A DNA stretch of 48,235 nt from Candidatus Bathyarchaeota archaeon (lineage in GTDB: Archaea; Thermoproteota; Bathyarchaeia; Bathyarchaeales; Bathycorpusculaceae), in NCBI GenBank assembly GCA_963775465.1, contig CAVZIW010000014.1, forward strand, positions 1 to 48,235, written 5' to 3'. This document shows positions 46,845 to 48,235 of this stretch, piece by piece; within the stretch, counting starts at the first letter, position 1, and each line of letters starts with the position of its first letter. Below the pieces are notes generated by a model. It was not told where the DNA came from. It did no database searches and saw only the letters and a list, made by a program, of their open reading frames with translations. Position numbers and translations under genes: made by a program.

Positions 46845-47848
46845 TTAAATGTTTAGGAAATAGACAATGGCGCTTAGAATGATGAAGAGTGCGGCAAGAA
46901 TTGCTATCGAATAGGCGAATTTTCTTTTTGCTTCTTCTTTCTCGTAATAGCGGCGAGGTGTAACTCCTCTAATTCTAAGCATAATGCTGGAACCCAACTC
47001 TAATCCAATCATGTACACAAACATTAGTGCCAGAGCTCCGGCAAACAGTCCATTATTTTCTAAGGCTAAACCTATTCCCGCCACAGTAGCTGGCGGCACA
47101 AGAGCAACAGCGATTGCTACTCCAACAAGTAATTCTGGAAGACCCACAAATAATGCCAAGCCTCCTGCGAGCCCAATAACTAAAGCTATTCCGATGTCAG
47201 AAATAGAAGCGTGCGTGCGTAAAGCAATTTGACCCGAACTGATTGGGACGCTGGCAAATTGTGAAACAAGAAAAGTTGTAATAGCAGACAAAGCTATTAT
47301 GGCGACTAGAAGACCCAGAATCGATAACTGGCTAACTAACACTTTTCTTAGCCTTCCCAAATTGGCATTGACGGCAAATGCATTTAGTGGACCTAGCAAG
47401 AGGAGAAAGAAGCATTGCTCCAATTACGATAACAACATTGTCTAAGAATAATCCCGAGAAAGCTACTATGGTTGCAAAGAGAGCCATAATTAATGTATCT
47501 TTTTTTAGGTGGACATGTTTGTCTGTTGCGTTTACCAATCGCTCTAATGGGTTATTTGTGGATTTTTCCTTTGCAGCTTTCTCTTTGGCCTTATCAAGTG
47601 TAGCGGAAACAAAGGCCTCAACGTCATAAATACTTATCACGTTTTCTTTTATTCGATTATCCATATTTTTCGTTAGTTCTTCCAGAGCATTATCTACAAG
47701 TTCATCAGGAATTAAGAGCGGAAAAATTGGTAACCCTCTCTTCGCCCTGAGTCGCGTCTGAACGAACTACTGGGATGTTTAGTTTCTCAAAAGCTTCACG
47801 AATCTTTTCAGACTGCTTTGCAGTTACTGTGACATTGATTCTTTTCAA
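46845..47848 (-). pseudogene. DUF389 / TIGR00341-like membrane protein with two +1 frameshifts (near 47715 and 47400)
   Basis: TTG 47848 MKRINVTV...FSA|LIPDELVD...; GL..DN..IVIGAMLLSP|LLGP; LVGVAIAVALVPPA..GIGLA. Confidence 0.78.
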
Positions 47849-48014
47849 AAAACATCATGTTGATCTAGTGTTGCGAGAATAAGAATCTTTTGAGTCATTC
47901 TAAAAAGACCAAAATTGACATACCGAATACCTTCAAAGGGACTTAATCTAGTAAAATTTAAAATTATTTCTCAGAATTGATTAACAATTATTCATTCTCA
48001 GTTTTTTTGATTGA

Positions 48015-48235
48015 TTAACCGAATATAAACGTCCAATTAAGAACAAAATAGAAGATTACACCAAAGAATAGAGTTGTTAACCATAAAATAAAAGTGGCGA
48101 GCATAAATTTTTTCTTAGCTGCACAAAACTTGGTTGACTGTCTCAAACGCCATCCACCAACAATCCATATGCCTAGAATAGCTGTTATTAATCCTGCTAT
48201 CCCATGAAAAGATGAGAATGCGACAATCAACATTG
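48015..48235 (-). CDS. C-terminal part of a membrane protein (DUF420-like), runs off the window
   Basis: HGIAGL..ILG.W.V..W, then KKFM..TFILW..TLFFG..FY; TM helices with a conserved-looking His. Confidence 0.55.
   Translation of the reverse strand, partial: MLIVAFSSFHGIAGLITAILGIWIVGGWRLRQSTKFCAAKKKFMLATFILWLTTLFFGVIFYFVLNWTFIFG

Noticed and set aside
1-48235. CRISPR arrays, rRNA, IS elements, tRNA introns, direct-repeat att copy of tRNA-Pro(CGG)
   Set aside because: No regularly spaced repeats, rRNA-like tracts, transposase motifs, BHB introns or second direct copy of the tRNA 3' end were seen by eye.

Overview
AT-rich archaeal chromosomal segment, most likely Ca. Bathyarchaeia (inferred from the gene content: TFB, archaeal LeuRS, fwdDBAC-fdhD next to mobA/mobB, and a TrmB regulator divergent from a large secreted beta-propeller protein). 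It holds two tRNA-Pro genes in inverted orientation (GGG at the left edge, CGG at 24.5 kb) and about 45 recognisable or credible CDS. At least eight short ORFs are absent from the supplied track (Zn/Cys microproteins, a TRAM protein, a 53-aa SD-led protein, a 22-aa peptide, a sorting-signal remnant). Several genes are broken by single-base frameshifts. Best leads: (1) a polyprenyl-synthase homologue that keeps the first DDxxD motif but has lost the IPP-binding and second Asp-rich motifs (ComQ-like), followed 5 nt later by a Trp-containing peptide ORF and then an MFS exporter, a candidate archaeal prenylated-peptide system; (2) decayed integrase-like and ribbon-helix-helix reading frames that run antisense through whole tRNA-Pro genes in the same codon register; (3) a promoter-led hairpin RNA with three CCUUCU repeats in its loop that shares an operator-like motif with the divergent gene. 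All family calls come from motif recognition by eye; no searches were run.
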